Shown here: piece after piece, positions 47,384 through 60,592 of the stretch
Numbering within the stretch: position 1 is the first letter of the stretch
How the letters are laid out: each line of letters begins with the position of its first letter
Source: Escherichia coli
Lineage (GTDB): Bacteria; Pseudomonadota; Gammaproteobacteria; Enterobacterales; Enterobacteriaceae
DNA: 64,000 bases
Assembly: GCF_003334355.1 (NCBI RefSeq)
Contig: NZ_QOWP01000011.1
Direction: 5' to 3' (one strand)
Made by a program: the position numbers and the translations under genes
Notes under the pieces: model-generated
Told to the model about the DNA's origin: nothing
Seen by the model: the letters and a program-made list of their open reading frames with translations, nothing else
Databases searched by the model: none

Positions 47384-47410
47384 AACGCGAGGGTAAGACC
47401 TCGCGTTTTG
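47384..47410 (+). terminator. rho-independent terminator after sohB (overlaps the yciN 3' end region)
   Basis: 9-bp stem aacgcgagg/cctcgcgtt, 6-nt loop, T4 tract. Confidence 0.75.
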
Positions 47411-47412
47411 CT

Positions 47413-47664
47413 TTAATCAACCAGGTGATATTTTTCTGAAAGCACATGGGCCAGGTGTTTGAACATATTAAACACCGCGGTGCTTTTGGCTGTTGGCAAT
47501 CCTTGTTCATCTAAAAAGTAGTCGCCGGTAAATACCAGCACGCCATTACGCTGCGTGACGCCGGTGGCTTCAATCCCTGCGAGCGTATCCTCATGCTCAC
47601 GAATGATTTTGTTGGCCTCTTTCAACAGCGTTTCGCGGTCGATGGGGTGTGTCTCTTTGTTCAT
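47413..47664 (-). CDS. yciN: DUF2498 family protein
   Basis: 83 aa ORF. Confidence 0.88.
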   Translation of the reverse strand: MNKETHPIDRETLLKEANKIIREHEDTLAGIEATGVTQRNGVLVFTGDYFLDEQGLPTAKSTAVFNMFKHLAHVLSEKYHLVD

Positions 47665-48043
47665 TATTTACTCCTTAAACAAGGACATTAGTCTACGCCA
47701 GGCATGGCTTGCAGACAAATATACCACGCTGGTGGCAAGAGCGCCTTACTGGCAACTTTGGATTTTGCATGCTAATAAAGTTGCGTATCGGATTTTATCA
47801 GGTACAGTGTGACGCTTTCGTCAATCTGGCAATAGATTTGCTTGACATTCGACCAAAATTCCGTCGTGCTATAGCGCCTGTAGGCCAAGACCTGTTAACT
47901 CAGTCACCTGAATTTTCGTGAACAGAGTCACGACAAGGGGTTGATATCCGCAGAGAGCGAGTCCATATCGGTAACTCGTTGCCAGTGGAAGGTTTATCAA
48001 CGTGCGACGCATTCCTGGAAGAATCAAATTAGGTAAGGTGAAT

Positions 48044-50641
48044 ATGGGTAAAGCTCTTGTCATCGTTGAGTCCCCGGCAAAAGCCAAAACGATCAACAAG
48101 TATCTGGGTAGTGACTACGTGGTGAAATCCAGCGTCGGTCACATCCGCGATTTGCCGACCAGTGGCTCAGCTGCCAAAAAGAGTGCCGACTCTACCTCCA
48201 CCAAGACGGCTAAAAAGCCTAAAAAGGATGAACGTGGCGCTCTCGTCAACCGTATGGGGGTTGACCCGTGGCACAATTGGGAGGCGCACTATGAAGTGTT
48301 GCCTGGTAAAGAGAAGGTCGTCTCTGAACTGAAACAACTGGCTGAAAAAGCCGACCACATCTATCTCGCAACCGACCTTGACCGCGAAGGGGAAGCCATT
48401 GCATGGCACCTGCGGGAAGTGATTGGTGGTGATGATGCGCGCTATAGCCGAGTGGTGTTTAACGAAATTACTAAAAACGCGATCCGCCAGGCATTTAACA
48501 AACCGGGTGAGCTGAATATTGATCGTGTTAATGCCCAGCAGGCGCGTCGCTTTATGGACCGTGTGGTGGGGTATATGGTTTCGCCGCTGCTATGGAAAAA
48601 GATCGCTCGTGGTCTGTCTGCCGGTCGTGTGCAGTCGGTGGCAGTCCGCCTGGTGGTCGAGCGTGAGCGTGAAATTAAAGCGTTCGTGCCGGAAGAGTTC
48701 TGGGAAGTCGATGCCAGCACGACCACGCCATCTGGTGAAGCGTTGGCGTTGCAGGTGACTCATCAGAACGACAAACCGTTCCGTCCGGTCAACAAAGAAC
48801 AAACTCAGGCTGCGGTAAGTCTGCTGGAAAAAGCGCGCTACAGCGTGCTGGAACGTGAAGACAAACCGACAACCAGTAAACCTGGCGCTCCTTTTATTAC
48901 CTCTACGCTGCAACAAGCTGCCAGCACCCGTCTTGGATTTGGCGTGAAAAAAACCATGATGATGGCGCAGCGTTTGTATGAAGCAGGCTATATCACTTAC
49001 ATGCGTACCGACTCCACTAACCTGAGTCAGGACGCGGTAAATATGGTTCGCGGTTATATCAGCGATAATTTTGGTAAGAAATATCTGCCGGAAAGTCCGA
49101 ATCAGTACGCCAGCAAAGAAAACTCACAGGAAGCGCACGAAGCGATTCGTCCTTCTGACGTCAATGTGATGGCGGAATCGCTGAAGGATATGGAAGCAGA
49201 TGCGCAGAAACTGTACCAGTTAATCTGGCGTCAGTTCGTTGCCTGCCAGATGACCCCAGCGAAATATGACTCCACGACGCTGACCGTTGGTGCGGGCGAT
49301 TTCCGCCTGAAAGCACGCGGTCGTATTTTGCGCTTTGATGGCTGGACGAAAGTGATGCCTGCACTGCGTAAAGGCGATGAAGATCGTATCTTACCAGCAG
49401 TTAATAAAGGCGATGCTCTGACGCTCGTTGAACTGACACCAGCCCAGCACTTTACCAAGCCGCCAGCCCGTTTCAGTGAAGCATCGCTGGTTAAAGAACT
49501 GGAAAAACGTGGTATCGGTCGTCCGTCTACCTATGCGTCGATCATTTCGACCATTCAGGATCGTGGCTATGTGCGAGTAGAAAATCGTCGTTTCTATGCG
49601 GAAAAAATGGGCGAAATCGTCACCGATCGCCTGGAAGAGAATTTCCGCGAGTTAATGAACTACGACTTCACCGCGCAGATGGAAAACAGCCTTGACCAGG
49701 TGGCAAATCACGAAGCAGAGTGGAAAGCTGTACTGGATCACTTCTTCTCGGATTTCACCCAGCAGTTAGATAAAGCTGAAAAAGATCCGGAAGAGGGTGG
49801 TATGCGCCCGAACCAGATGGTTCTGACCAGCATTGACTGCCCGACTTGTGGTCGCAAAATGGGGATTCGCACAGCGAGCACCGGGGTATTCCTTGGCTGT
49901 TCTGGCTATGCGCTGCCGCCGAAAGAGCGTTGCAAAACCACCATTAACCTGGTGCCGGAAAACGAAGTGCTGAACGTGCTGGAAGGCGAAGACGCTGAAA
50001 CCAACGCGCTGCGCGCAAAACGTCGTTGCCCGAAATGCGGCACGGCGATGGACAGCTATCTCATCGATCCGAAACGTAAGTTGCATGTCTGTGGTAATAA
50101 CCCAACCTGCGACGGTTACGAGATCGAAGAGGGCGAATTCCGCATTAAAGGTTATGACGGCCCGATCGTTGAGTGTGAAAAATGTGGCTCTGAAATGCAC
50201 CTGAAAATGGGGCGTTTCGGTAAATACATGGCCTGCACCAACGAAGAGTGTAAAAACACACGTAAGATTTTACGTAACGGCGAAGTGGCACCACCGAAAG
50301 AAGATCCGGTGCCATTACCTGAGCTGCCGTGCGAAAAATCAGATGCTTATTTCGTGCTGCGTGACGGCGCTGCGGGTGTTTTCCTGGCTGCCAACACTTT
50401 CCCGAAATCGCGTGAAACGCGTGCGCCACTGGTGGAAGAGCTTTATCGCTTCCGCGACCGTCTGCCGGAAAAACTGCGTTATCTGGCCGATGCGCCACAG
50501 CAGGATCCGGAAGGTAATAAGACCATGGTTCGCTTTAGCCGTAAAACCAAACAGCAATATGTCTCTTCGGAAAAAGACGGAAAGGCGACTGGCTGGTCAG
50601 CATTTTATGTTGATGGCAAATGGGTTGAAGGAAAAAAATAA
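48044..50641 (+). CDS. topA: DNA topoisomerase I
   Basis: ORF track 48002..50641 trimmed to the ATG at 48044 (865 aa, [16 protein letters not shown]...); Toprim domain and C-terminal Zn-ribbon Cys motifs. Confidence 0.97.
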   Translation: MGKALVIVESPAKAKTINKYLGSDYVVKSSVGHIRDLPTSGSAAKKSADSTSTKTAKKPKKDERGALVNRMGVDPWHNWEAHYEVLPGKEKVVSELKQLAEKADHIYLATDLDREGEAIAWHLREVIGGDDARYSRVVFNEITKNAIRQAFNKPGELNIDRVNAQQARRFMDRVVGYMVSPLLWKKIARGLSAGRVQSVAVRLVVEREREIKAFVPEEFWEVDASTTTPSGEALALQVTHQNDKPFRPVNKEQTQAAVSLLEKARYSVLEREDKPTTSKPGAPFITSTLQQAASTRLGFGVKKTMMMAQRLYEAGYITYMRTDSTNLSQDAVNMVRGYISDNFGKKYLPESPNQYASKENSQEAHEAIRPSDVNVMAESLKDMEADAQKLYQLIWRQFVACQMTPAKYDSTTLTVGAGDFRLKARGRILRFDGWTKVMPALRKGDEDRILPAVNKGDALTLVELTPAQHFTKPPARFSEASLVKELEKRGIGRPSTYASIISTIQDRGYVRVENRRFYAEKMGEIVTDRLEENFRELMNYDFTAQMENSLDQVANHEAEWKAVLDHFFSDFTQQLDKAEKDPEEGGMRPNQMVLTSIDCPTCGRKMGIRTASTGVFLGCSGYALPPKERCKTTINLVPENEVLNVLEGEDAETNALRAKRRCPKCGTAMDSYLIDPKRKLHVCGNNPTCDGYEIEEGEFRIKGYDGPIVECEKCGSEMHLKMGRFGKYMACTNEECKNTRKILRNGEVAPPKEDPVPLPELPCEKSDAYFVLRDGAAGVFLAANTFPKSRETRAPLVEELYRFRDRLPEKLRYLADAPQQDPEGNKTMVRFSRKTKQQYVSSEKDGKATGWSAFYVDGKWVEGKK

Positions 50642-50672
50642 CCTTTAATTCTGTCAGGTTTTTATAAACAAA

Positions 50673-50696
50673 GGGTCGCGAAAGCGGCCCTTTTTT
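50673..50696 (+). terminator. rho-independent terminator of topA
   Basis: 7-bp stem closing a GAAA tetraloop followed by a 6-T run. Confidence 0.85.
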
Positions 50697-50826
50697 ATTG
50701 CATATTATTTTTTCTTCACACCTATACACTAAGGCTATAAATGATATAGTGGTTATAGTTAGCACCTTTTTTATTATTAAATCGTATTAGTCACCCGCCA
50801 GGTGTGACGAAAAAACGATGTTCTGA

Positions 50827-51825
<999 letters not shown>

Positions 51826-52155
51826 TTTCTTGCGTTATTTTCGGCACCTTTTATGTAGCGAAGGTGCCGGAATATATTCTCTTTTGTTACTTATTTCTAT
51901 ACCGTGCACAATATTTTTATCCCTCATATTTATAGGGTAAATTACCTGTAAAGTAGTGTCTAATTACCCGCCTCGCAAACTCCAGTTTTCAAATATCTAT
52001 TTCAGGTCAAAAGATTGAATTATTCACTGGAGACGATTCGTAAATTCGCTGGATTTTTGACTAAAGTTTCTTTAGGATTTGTCTCATCGTATGATTAATT
52101 ACACCAATCGTTCAACGTCTTGCTGATAAGTGATGGCGATTATATGAGGTTAGCA

Positions 52156-52284
52156 ATGCCTTCTGGAAATCAGGAACCCCGCCGCGATCCTGAATTAAAA
52201 CGTAAAGCCTGGCTGGCGGTTTTTCTTGGTTCTGCACTTTTCTGGGTGGTTGTCGCACTGCTGATTTGGAAAGTGTGGGGATAA
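52156..52284 (+). CDS. ymiA: small membrane protein (42 aa)
   Basis: ATG preceded by RBS gagg; single hydrophobic helix; not in the ORF track (below cutoff); stop lies 2 nt before the yciX start. Confidence 0.55.
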   Translation: MPSGNQEPRRDPELKRKAWLAVFLGSALFWVVVALLIWKVWG

Positions 52285-52286
52285 CT

Positions 52287-52454
52287 ATGGTCGGTCAGGA
52301 GCAACTGGAGTCGTCACCATTATGCCAGCATAGTGACAATGAAACAGAAACGAAACGGGAATGTTCCGTCGTTATTCCAGACGACTGGCAACTAACATCG
52401 CAGCAGCAAGCCTTTATAGAACTGTTTGCTGAAGATGATCAGCCGAAACAATAA
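52287..52454 (+). CDS. yciX: small protein (55 aa)
   Basis: In-frame ATG at 52287 within ORF 52266..52454. Confidence 0.6.
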   Translation: MVGQEQLESSPLCQHSDNETETKRECSVVIPDDWQLTSQQQAFIELFAEDDQPKQ

Positions 52455-52826
52455 TTATCATCATTCTTATTACCCATTTTTAATGAATTAAAGGGCTTTT
52501 AATACACCGCAGCAATAACAGCTTGAGTTATCTCAACACAAAATAATAACCGTTAAGGGTGTAGCCTATGATCAACACAAATATGAAATATTGGTCCTGG
52601 ATGGGCGCGTTTTCTCTGTCGATGCTCTTCTGGGCCGAACTCCTCTGGATCATTACTCACTGATCCTTGACCCCGCTGCGGCGGGGTTGTCATTTGCTTT
52701 GCCACAAGGTTTCTCCTCTTTTATCAATTTGGGTTGTTATCAAATCGTTACGCGATGTTTGTGTTATCTTTAATATTCACCCTGAAGAGAATCAGGGCTT
52801 CGCAACCCTGTCATTAAGGAGGAGCT

Positions 52827-55502
52827 ATGTCGTCAACCCTACGAGAAGCCAGTAAGGACACGTTGCAGGCCAAAGATAAAACTTACCACTACTACAGCCT
52901 GCCGCTTGCTGCTAAATCACTGGGCGATATCACCCGTCTACCCAAGTCACTCAAAGTTTTGCTCGAAAACCTGCTGCGCTGGCAGGATGGTAACTCGGTT
53001 ACCGAAGAGGATATCCACGCGCTGGCAGGATGGCTGAAAAATGCCCATGCTGACCGTGAAATTGCCTACCGCCCGGCAAGGGTGCTGATGCAGGACTTTA
53101 CCGGCGTACCTGCCGTTGTTGATCTGGCGGCAATGCGCGAAGCGGTTAAACGCCTCGGCGGCGATACTGCAAAGGTTAACCCGCTCTCACCGGTCGACCT
53201 GGTCATTGACCACTCGGTGACCGTCGACCGTTTTGGTGATGATGAGGCATTTGAAGAAAACGTACGCCTGGAAATGGAGCGCAACCACGAACGTTATGTG
53301 TTCCTGAAATGGGGAAAGCAAGCGTTCAGTCGGTTTAGCGTCGTGCCGCCAGGCACAGGCATTTGCCATCAGGTTAACCTCGAATATCTCGGCAAAGCAG
53401 TGTGGAGTGAATTGCAGGACGGTGAATGGATTGCTTATCCGGATACACTCGTTGGTACTGACTCGCACACCACTATGATCAACGGCCTTGGCGTGCTGGG
53501 GTGGGGCGTGGGTGGGATCGAAGCAGAAGCCGCAATGTTAGGCCAGCCGGTTTCCATGCTTATCCCGGACGTAGTGGGCTTTAAACTTACCGGTAAATTA
53601 CGTGAAGGTATTACCGCCACAGACCTGGTTCTCACTGTTACCCAAATGCTGCGCAAACATGGCGTGGTGGGGAAATTCGTCGAATTTTATGGTGATGGTC
53701 TGGATTCACTACCGCTGGCGGATCGCGCCACCATTGCCAATATGTCGCCAGAATATGGTGCCACCTGTGGCTTCTTCCCAATCGATGCTGTAACCCTCGA
53801 TTACATGCGTTTAAGCGGGCGCAGCGAAGATCAGGTTGAGTTGGTCGAAAAATATGCCAAAGCGCAGGGCATGTGGCGTAACCCGGGCGATGAACCGATT
53901 TTTACCAGTACGTTAGAACTGGATATGAATGACGTTGAAGCGAGCCTGGCAGGGCCAAAACGCCCACAGGATCGCGTTGCACTGCCCGATGTACCAAAAG
54001 CATTTGCCGCCAGTAACGAACTGGAAGTGAATGCCACGCATAAAGATCGCCAGCCGGTCGATTATGTTATGAACGGACATCAGTATCAGTTACCTGATGG
54101 CGCTGTGGTCATTGCTGCGATAACCTCGTGCACCAACACCTCTAACCCAAGTGTGCTGATGGCTGCAGGCTTGCTGGCGAAAAAAGCCGTAATTCTTGGC
54201 CTCAAGCGGCAACCGTGGGTCAAAGCGTCGCTGGCACCAGGCTCGAAAGTTGTTTCTGACTATCTGGCAAAAGCGAAACTGACACCGTTTCTCGACGAAC
54301 TGGGGTTTAACCTTGTGGGATACGGTTGTACTACCTGTATTGGTAACTCTGGGCCGCTGCCCGATCCTATCGAAACGGCAATCAAAAAAGGCGATTTAAC
54401 CGTCGGTGCAGTGCTGTCCGGCAACCGTAACTTTGAAGGCCGTATCCATCCGCTGGTTAAAACCAACTGGCTGGCCTCGCCGCCGCTGGTGGTTGCCTAT
54501 GCGCTGGCGGGAAATATGAATATCAACCTGGCTTCTGAGCCTATTGGTCATGATCGTAAAGGCGATCCGGTTTATCTGAAAGATATCTGGCCATCGGCAC
54601 AAGAAATTGCCCGTGCGGTAGAACAAGTCTCCACAGAAATGTTCCGCAAAGAGTACGCAGAAGTTTTTGAAGGCACAGCAGAGTGGAAGGAAATTAACGT
54701 CACACGATCCGATACCTACGGTTGGCAGGAGGACTCAACCTATATTCGCTTATCGCCTTTCTTTGATGAAATGCAGGCAACACCAGCACCAGTGGAAGAT
54801 ATTCACGGTGCGCGGATCCTCGCAATGCTGGGGGATTCAGTCACCACTGACCATATCTCTCCGGCGGGCAGTATTAAGCCCGACAGCCCAGCGGGTCGAT
54901 ATCTACAAGGTCGGGGTGTTGAGCGAAAAGACTTTAACTCCTACGGTTCGCGGCGTGGTAACCATGAAGTGATGATGCGCGGCACCTTCGCCAATATTCG
55001 CATCCGTAATGAAATGGTGCCTGGCGTTGAAGGGGGGATGACGCGGCATTTACCTGACAGCGACGTAGTCTCTATTTATGATGCTGCGATGCGCTATAAG
55101 CAGGAACAAACGCCGCTGGCGGTGATTGCCGGGAAAGAGTATGGTTCAGGCTCAAGCCGTGACTGGGCGGCAAAAGGTCCTCGTCTGCTTGGAATTCGTG
55201 TGGTGATTGCCGAATCGTTTGAACGAATTCACCGTTCGAATTTAATTGGCATGGGCATCCTGCCGCTGGAATTTCCGCAAGGCGTAACGCGTAAAACGTT
55301 AGGACTAACCGGGGAAGAGAAGATTGATATTGGCGATCTGCAAAATCTACAACCCGGTGCGACGGTTCCGGTGACGCTTACGCGTGCGGATGGTAGCCAG
55401 GAGGTCGTACCCTGCCGTTGTCGTATCGACACCGCGACGGAGTTGACCTACTACCAGAACGACGGCATTTTGCATTATGTCATTCGTAATATGCTGAAGT
55501 AA
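52827..55502 (+). CDS. acnA: aconitate hydratase A
   Basis: 891 aa; RBS aggagg; aconitase family Cys ligands. Confidence 0.97.
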   Translation: MSSTLREASKDTLQAKDKTYHYYSLPLAAKSLGDITRLPKSLKVLLENLLRWQDGNSVTEEDIHALAGWLKNAHADREIAYRPARVLMQDFTGVPAVVDLAAMREAVKRLGGDTAKVNPLSPVDLVIDHSVTVDRFGDDEAFEENVRLEMERNHERYVFLKWGKQAFSRFSVVPPGTGICHQVNLEYLGKAVWSELQDGEWIAYPDTLVGTDSHTTMINGLGVLGWGVGGIEAEAAMLGQPVSMLIPDVVGFKLTGKLREGITATDLVLTVTQMLRKHGVVGKFVEFYGDGLDSLPLADRATIANMSPEYGATCGFFPIDAVTLDYMRLSGRSEDQVELVEKYAKAQGMWRNPGDEPIFTSTLELDMNDVEASLAGPKRPQDRVALPDVPKAFAASNELEVNATHKDRQPVDYVMNGHQYQLPDGAVVIAAITSCTNTSNPSVLMAAGLLAKKAVILGLKRQPWVKASLAPGSKVVSDYLAKAKLTPFLDELGFNLVGYGCTTCIGNSGPLPDPIETAIKKGDLTVGAVLSGNRNFEGRIHPLVKTNWLASPPLVVAYALAGNMNINLASEPIGHDRKGDPVYLKDIWPSAQEIARAVEQVSTEMFRKEYAEVFEGTAEWKEINVTRSDTYGWQEDSTYIRLSPFFDEMQATPAPVEDIHGARILAMLGDSVTTDHISPAGSIKPDSPAGRYLQGRGVERKDFNSYGSRRGNHEVMMRGTFANIRIRNEMVPGVEGGMTRHLPDSDVVSIYDAAMRYKQEQTPLAVIAGKEYGSGSSRDWAAKGPRLLGIRVVIAESFERIHRSNLIGMGILPLEFPQGVTRKTLGLTGEEKIDIGDLQNLQPGATVPVTLTRADGSQEVVPCRCRIDTATELTYYQNDGILHYVIRNMLK

Positions 55503-55508
55503 CAAGTA

Positions 55509-55543
55509 TTTGCTTGCCGGTTATTTTGCTTCCGGCAAGCAAA
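55509..55543. terminator. hairpin between convergent acnA and ribA (candidate bidirectional terminator)
   Basis: 12-bp stem tttgcttgccgg/ccggcaagcaaa with 11-nt loop; no strong U-tract on either side, hence modest confidence. Confidence 0.45.
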
Positions 55544-55565
55544 TGAATTACACAATGCAAGAGGG

Positions 55566-56156
55566 TTATTTGTTCAGCAAATGGCCCATTTTCTCGGCTT
55601 TGGTATCGAGATAATGTTCGTTATTGGGGTTACGACCTACAATCAATGGTACGCGTTCAACAATATTAATCCCTGCTTCGGTCAGAATTTCGACTTTTTT
55701 CGGGTTATTGGTTAACAAGCGGACTTCATTGACGCCAAGGAGTTTGAACATATCAGCGCAAAGAGTGAAGTCGCGCTCATCAGCGGCGAAGCCTAACTGG
55801 TGGTTAGCCTCTACGGTATCGTAACCTTGATCCTGCAGTGCGTAAGCGCGGATTTTATTCAGCAGACCAATGTTACGACCTTCCTGACGGTGATAGAGCA
55901 AAATACCACGGCCTTCCTCGGCAATTTGCGTCAATGCCGCTTCGAGCTGGAAGCCACAATCGCAGCGCAAGCTGAACAGGGCGTCACCGGTCAGACATTC
56001 GGAATGGACGCGCGCAAGTACCGGGGTATGCCCGGAAATATCGCCATAGACTAGCGCGACATGATCGTGTCCGGTTGCCAGTTCTTCAAATCCCACCATC
56101 AGGAAATCGCCCCATGGGGTTGGCAGTTTGGCTTCTGCCACACGTTTAAGCTGCAT
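55566..56156 (-). CDS. ribA: GTP cyclohydrolase II
   Basis: ORF track 55566..56219 trimmed to the ATG at 56156 (196 aa); zinc-binding Cys motif (CxxGxxxxSxxCDCG). Confidence 0.95.
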
Positions 56157-56325
56157 GAAATTCTCCAGATAATGCTGGTTCTGTATTGGCTTATTTTGCC
56201 ATAACGAGAAGGGGTTCACCTAATCACGACGCGTCGATCGTTCACGGAATGGCACAAATCTGTCAATTTTTCCTGGAACTGGCATTTTCAGTTATGATTG
56301 TGGGACTTATCAAAAAGGAGAGGCC

Positions 56326-57090
56326 ATGCGTTCGATTGCCCGACGTACCGCAGTGGGAGCTGCACTATTGCTTGTTATGCCAGTAGCCGTATGGATTTCT
56401 GGCTGGCGTTGGCAACCTGGAGAACAAAGTTGGCTACTAAAAGCGGCTTTTTGGGTTACTGAAACTGTCACCCAGCCCTGGGGCGTCATTACACATTTGA
56501 TTTTATTCGGCTGGTTTCTCTGGTGTCTGCGTTTTCGCATTAAGGCTGCCTTTGTATTATTTGCCATTCTGGCGGCGGCAATCCTTGTGGGACAAGGCGT
56601 TAAATCCTGGATCAAAGACAAAGTCCAGGAACCACGACCTTTTGTTATCTGGCTGGAAAAAACACATCATATTCCGGTTGATGAGTTCTACACTTTAAAG
56701 CGAGCAGAACGCGGAAATCTAGTGAAAGAACAGTTGGCTGAAGAGAAAAATATCCCACAATATTTGCGTTCACACTGGCAGAAAGAGACGGGGTTTGCCT
56801 TTCCTTCCGGTCACACGATGTTTGCTGCCAGTTGGGCACTGCTGGCCGTTGGTTTGCTGTGGCCGCGTCGGCGAACGTTAACCATTGCTATCTTGCTGGT
56901 CTGGGCAACGGGAGTCATGGGAAGCCGCCTGCTGCTCGGGATGCATTGGCCACGCGATCTGGTGGTAGCTACGTTGATTTCGTGGGCGCTGGTGGCGGTG
57001 GCAACGTGGCTTACGCAACGAATTTGTGGGCCATTAACACCGCCTGCGGAAGAAAATCGCGAAATAGCGCAACGAGAACAAGAAAGTTAA
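56326..57090 (+). CDS. pgpB: phosphatidylglycerophosphatase B (PAP2 family)
   Basis: 254 aa membrane protein with PAP2 motifs (PSGH, SRxxxxxHxxxD). Confidence 0.94.
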   Translation: MRSIARRTAVGAALLLVMPVAVWISGWRWQPGEQSWLLKAAFWVTETVTQPWGVITHLILFGWFLWCLRFRIKAAFVLFAILAAAILVGQGVKSWIKDKVQEPRPFVIWLEKTHHIPVDEFYTLKRAERGNLVKEQLAEEKNIPQYLRSHWQKETGFAFPSGHTMFAASWALLAVGLLWPRRRTLTIAILLVWATGVMGSRLLLGMHWPRDLVVATLISWALVAVATWLTQRICGPLTPPAEENREIAQREQES

Positions 57091-57238
57091 CGCTGGTTGA
57101 TTTTCCGAATTTAGCCCTTAAATCATCAACAATGCGTGTGGATGCCATTTCGCAGACGGCGCGAAAATGGTACTTTAAAGGGCTATTGCGGTAAGTTGAC
57201 CATAATTTATTCGCTCTAACCACATAACGGGAAGTAAT

Positions 57239-57547
57239 GTGAAATATTTACTCATTTTCTTACTGGTGTTAGCGATCTTCGTGATTTCGGTCACGTTGGG
57301 TGCGCAGAACGATCAACAGGTGACGTTTAATTATCTGTTAGCGCAAGGGGAGTACCGTATTTCCACATTGCTGGCGGTATTGTTTGCTGCGGGGTTTGCT
57401 ATCGGTTGGTTGATTTGTGGCCTGTTCTGGCTGCGAGTTCGTGTTTCCCTGGCGCGCGCTGAACGTAAAATAAAGCGACTGGAAAACCAGCTTTCACCCG
57501 CGACTGACGTGGCTGTAGTGCCGCACTCGTCAGCGGCGAAGGAATAA
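57239..57547 (+). CDS. lapA: lipopolysaccharide assembly protein A
   Basis: 102 aa, GTG start, two TM helices; immediately upstream of lapB. Confidence 0.88.
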   Translation: MKYLLIFLLVLAIFVISVTLGAQNDQQVTFNYLLAQGEYRISTLLAVLFAAGFAIGWLICGLFWLRVRVSLARAERKIKRLENQLSPATDVAVVPHSSAAKE

Positions 57548-57553
57548 CTTTCT

Positions 57554-58723
57554 ATGCTGGAGTTGTTGTTTCTGCTTTTGCCTGTAGCCGCTGCCTATGG
57601 CTGGTATATGGGCCGCAGAAGTGCGCAACAAAACAAGCAAGATGAAGCCAACCGCTTGTCGCGTGATTACGTAGCGGGGGTTAACTTCCTGCTTAGTAAT
57701 CAACAGGATAAAGCGGTAGACCTGTTTCTCGATATGCTTAAAGAGGATACAGGCACCGTTGAAGCCCACCTTACGCTCGGAAACCTGTTCCGTTCGCGTG
57801 GCGAAGTTGATCGCGCTATTCGCATCCATCAGACCCTAATGGAAAGCGCCTCGCTGACCTATGAACAGCGTCTGTTGGCGATTCAACAACTGGGGCGTGA
57901 TTACATGGCCGCCGGGTTATATGACCGCGCGGAAGACATGTTCAATCAGCTGACCGATGAAACTGACTTCCGCATTGGCGCGCTGCAACAGTTGCTACAA
58001 ATCTACCAGGCTACCAGTGAGTGGCAGAAAGCAATTGATGTTGCCGAACGCCTGGTGAAGCTGGGTAAAGATAAACAGCGCGTCGAAATTGCCCATTTCT
58101 ACTGTGAGTTAGCCCTGCAGCATATGGCCAGCGACGATCTCGATCGTGCCATGACCTTGCTAAAAAAAGGGGCGGCGGCAGATAAAAACAGCGCCCGCGT
58201 ATCCATAATGATGGGACGCGTGTTTATGGCGAAAGGAGAATACGCCAAAGCCGTCGAAAGTCTGCAACGCGTGATATCCCAGGACAGAGCACTGGTCAGC
58301 GAAACGCTGGAAATGTTGCAAACCTGCTATCAGCAGTTGGGTAAAACTGCCGAATGGGCAGAATTCCTGCAGCGTGCGGTGGAAGAGAACACCGGTGCCG
58401 ATGCTGAATTGATGCTTGCTGATATCATCGAAGCGCGCGACGGTAGTGAGGCCGCACAGGTCTATATTACGCGCCAGCTTCAGCGTCATCCGACCATGCG
58501 TGTGTTCCATAAGTTAATGGATTACCACTTAAATGAAGCGGAAGAAGGGCGTGCCAAAGAGAGCCTGATGGTGCTGCGTGACATGGTTGGCGAGAAGGTA
58601 CGTAGTAAGCCTCGTTATCGTTGCCAGAAATGTGGTTTTACCGCATACACCCTCTACTGGCATTGTCCGTCTTGTCGGGCCTGGTCAACCATTAAACCGA
58701 TTCGCGGTCTTGATGGCCTGTAA
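57554..58723 (+). CDS. lapB: lipopolysaccharide assembly protein B (TPR repeats plus C-terminal rubredoxin-like Zn finger)
   Basis: 389 aa; C-terminal CxxC...CxxC. Confidence 0.94.
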   Translation: MLELLFLLLPVAAAYGWYMGRRSAQQNKQDEANRLSRDYVAGVNFLLSNQQDKAVDLFLDMLKEDTGTVEAHLTLGNLFRSRGEVDRAIRIHQTLMESASLTYEQRLLAIQQLGRDYMAAGLYDRAEDMFNQLTDETDFRIGALQQLLQIYQATSEWQKAIDVAERLVKLGKDKQRVEIAHFYCELALQHMASDDLDRAMTLLKKGAAADKNSARVSIMMGRVFMAKGEYAKAVESLQRVISQDRALVSETLEMLQTCYQQLGKTAEWAEFLQRAVEENTGADAELMLADIIEARDGSEAAQVYITRQLQRHPTMRVFHKLMDYHLNEAEEGRAKESLMVLRDMVGEKVRSKPRYRCQKCGFTAYTLYWHCPSCRAWSTIKPIRGLDGL

Positions 58724-58916
58724 TTTTTAAAAAAAATCCGACTTTAGTTACAACATACTAATTATTAATGTTCCATTGTGCTCCGGCAACGACGGCGCAG
58801 AAAAAGCCTGCCAGGGGAGAAATCGCAACTGTTAATTTTTTATTTCCACGGGTAGAATGCTCGCCGTTTACCTGTTTCGCGCCACTTCCGGTGCCCATCA
58901 TCAAGAAGGTCTGGTC

Positions 58917-59654
58917 ATGACGTTAACTGCTTCATCTTCTTCCCGCGCTGTTACGAATTCTCCTGTGGTTGTTGCCCTTGATTATCATAATCGTGATGAC
59001 GCGCTGGCCTTTGTCGACAAGATCGACCCACGCGATTGTCGTCTGAAGGTCGGCAAAGAGATGTTTACATTGTTTGGGCCACAGTTTGTGCGCGAACTTC
59101 AACAGCGTGGTTTTGATATCTTTCTTGACCTGAAATTCCACGATATCCCCAACACTGCAGCGCACGCTGTCGCTGCTGCAGCTGACTTAGGCGTGTGGAT
59201 GGTGAATGTTCATGCCTCTGGTGGGGCGCGTATGATGACCGCAGCGCGTGAGGCACTGGTTCCGTTTGGCAAAGATGCACCGCTTTTGATTGCTGTGACA
59301 GTGTTGACCAGCATGGAAGCCAGCGACCTGGTCGATCTTGGCATGACACTGTCACCTGCAGATTATGCAGAACGTCTGGCGGCACTGACGCAAAAATGTG
59401 GCCTTGATGGTGTGGTGTGTTCTGCTCAGGAAGCTGTGCGCTTTAAACAGGTATTCGGTCAGGAGTTCAAACTGGTTACGCCGGGCATTCGTCCGCAGGG
59501 GAGTGAAGCTGGTGACCAGCGCCGCATTATGACGCCAGAACAGGCGTTGTCGGCTGGTGTTGATTATATGGTGATTGGTCGCCCGGTAACGCAATCGGTA
59601 GATCCAGCGCAGACGCTGAAAGCGATCAACGCCTCTTTACAGCGGAGTGCATGA
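58917..59654 (+). CDS. pyrF: orotidine-5'-phosphate decarboxylase
   Basis: ORF track 58857..59654 trimmed to the ATG at 58917 (245 aa); active-site region DxKxxD ([10 protein letters not shown]). Confidence 0.95.
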   Translation: MTLTASSSSRAVTNSPVVVALDYHNRDDALAFVDKIDPRDCRLKVGKEMFTLFGPQFVRELQQRGFDIFLDLKFHDIPNTAAHAVAAAADLGVWMVNVHASGGARMMTAAREALVPFGKDAPLLIAVTVLTSMEASDLVDLGMTLSPADYAERLAALTQKCGLDGVVCSAQEAVRFKQVFGQEFKLVTPGIRPQGSEAGDQRRIMTPEQALSAGVDYMVIGRPVTQSVDPAQTLKAINASLQRSA

Positions 59655-59980
59655 TGAGTGATTCCAACAGCCGTCTGGTCTACTCAACGGAAACCGGACG
59701 TATTGATGAGCCCAAAGCGGCCCCTGTACGCCCTAAAGGCGACGGTGTGGTGCGTATTCAGCGTCAGACCAGTGGACGTAAAGGTAAGGGCGTTTGCCTG
59801 ATTACCGGTGTCGATCTCGATGATGCCGAACTGACAAAACTTGCAGCGGAACTGAAGAAAAAATGCGGCTGCGGCGGAGCAGTTAAAGATGGAGTTATTG
59901 AAATCCAGGGCGATAAGCGTGATTTATTAAAATCACTACTTGAAGCGAAAGGGATGAAGGTAAAACTCGCAGGCGGTTAA
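59654..59980 (+). CDS. yciH: SUI1/eIF1-like translation factor
   Basis: 108 aa; start overlaps pyrF stop (ATGA). Confidence 0.9.
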   Translation: MSDSNSRLVYSTETGRIDEPKAAPVRPKGDGVVRIQRQTSGRKGKGVCLITGVDLDDAELTKLAAELKKKCGCGGAVKDGVIEIQGDKRDLLKSLLEAKGMKVKLAGG

Positions 59981-59985
59981 CATAA

Positions 59986-60011
59986 AAAGCCACGGATATA
60001 TCCGTGGCTTT
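59986..60011 (+). terminator. rho-independent terminator after pyrF-yciH
   Basis: 11-bp stem aaagccacgga/tccgtggcttt with 4-nt loop. Confidence 0.8.
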
Positions 60012-60105
60012 CGAATATTTTACTGTGCGTATTATTCAGTTATTTCGTACTGAACAGAATCAAGCGTATTATAATTGCGAGTCGATAATCGACATTTATT
60101 TACGA

Positions 60106-60324
60106 TTATTTACCGACCTGGTGACCAATAACACCACCGACAGCTGCACCACCTAATGTACCCAACGTACTGCCATCGGTCAGTACTGCACCGCCTAATG
60201 CCCCTGCACCCGCGCCGATTGCGGTGTTGCGGTCCCGTTTAGACCAGTTAGAACAGGCACTCAGAGACATTGCCAAAGTAATTGCCAGAACAGCCGCGGT
60301 CATTTTTTTGCTCGTTACAAACAT
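60106..60324 (-). CDS. osmB: osmotically inducible lipoprotein B
   Basis: 72 aa; lipobox ...LSAC; Gly-rich (GxxxG repeats). Confidence 0.93.
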   Translation of the reverse strand: MFVTSKKMTAAVLAITLAMSLSACSNWSKRDRNTAIGAGAGALGGAVLTDGSTLGTLGGAAVGGVIGHQVGK

Positions 60325-60592
60325 AATACTCTCTCCTGAATTTATGATTCACGGAAGTAAGCTCTCTATAACTATAATAGCTAAGAATAAGCCTGGTGAA
60401 ATTATTCCGTGAAATCTGCTCGCGCGCAGGGTTATATCACGCAGGTGATAATGACTTCCTGTTATATCGCTGATAATAATTTTATATCTTGAGAGTGTTA
60501 ATAACAGGTAAATAGTCTTAATTATCAACCAGGAATCATCTTAGAGCGGATGATTTGCCAAACTGCAAATCATCCGTAGAGAAGGGAAATGG

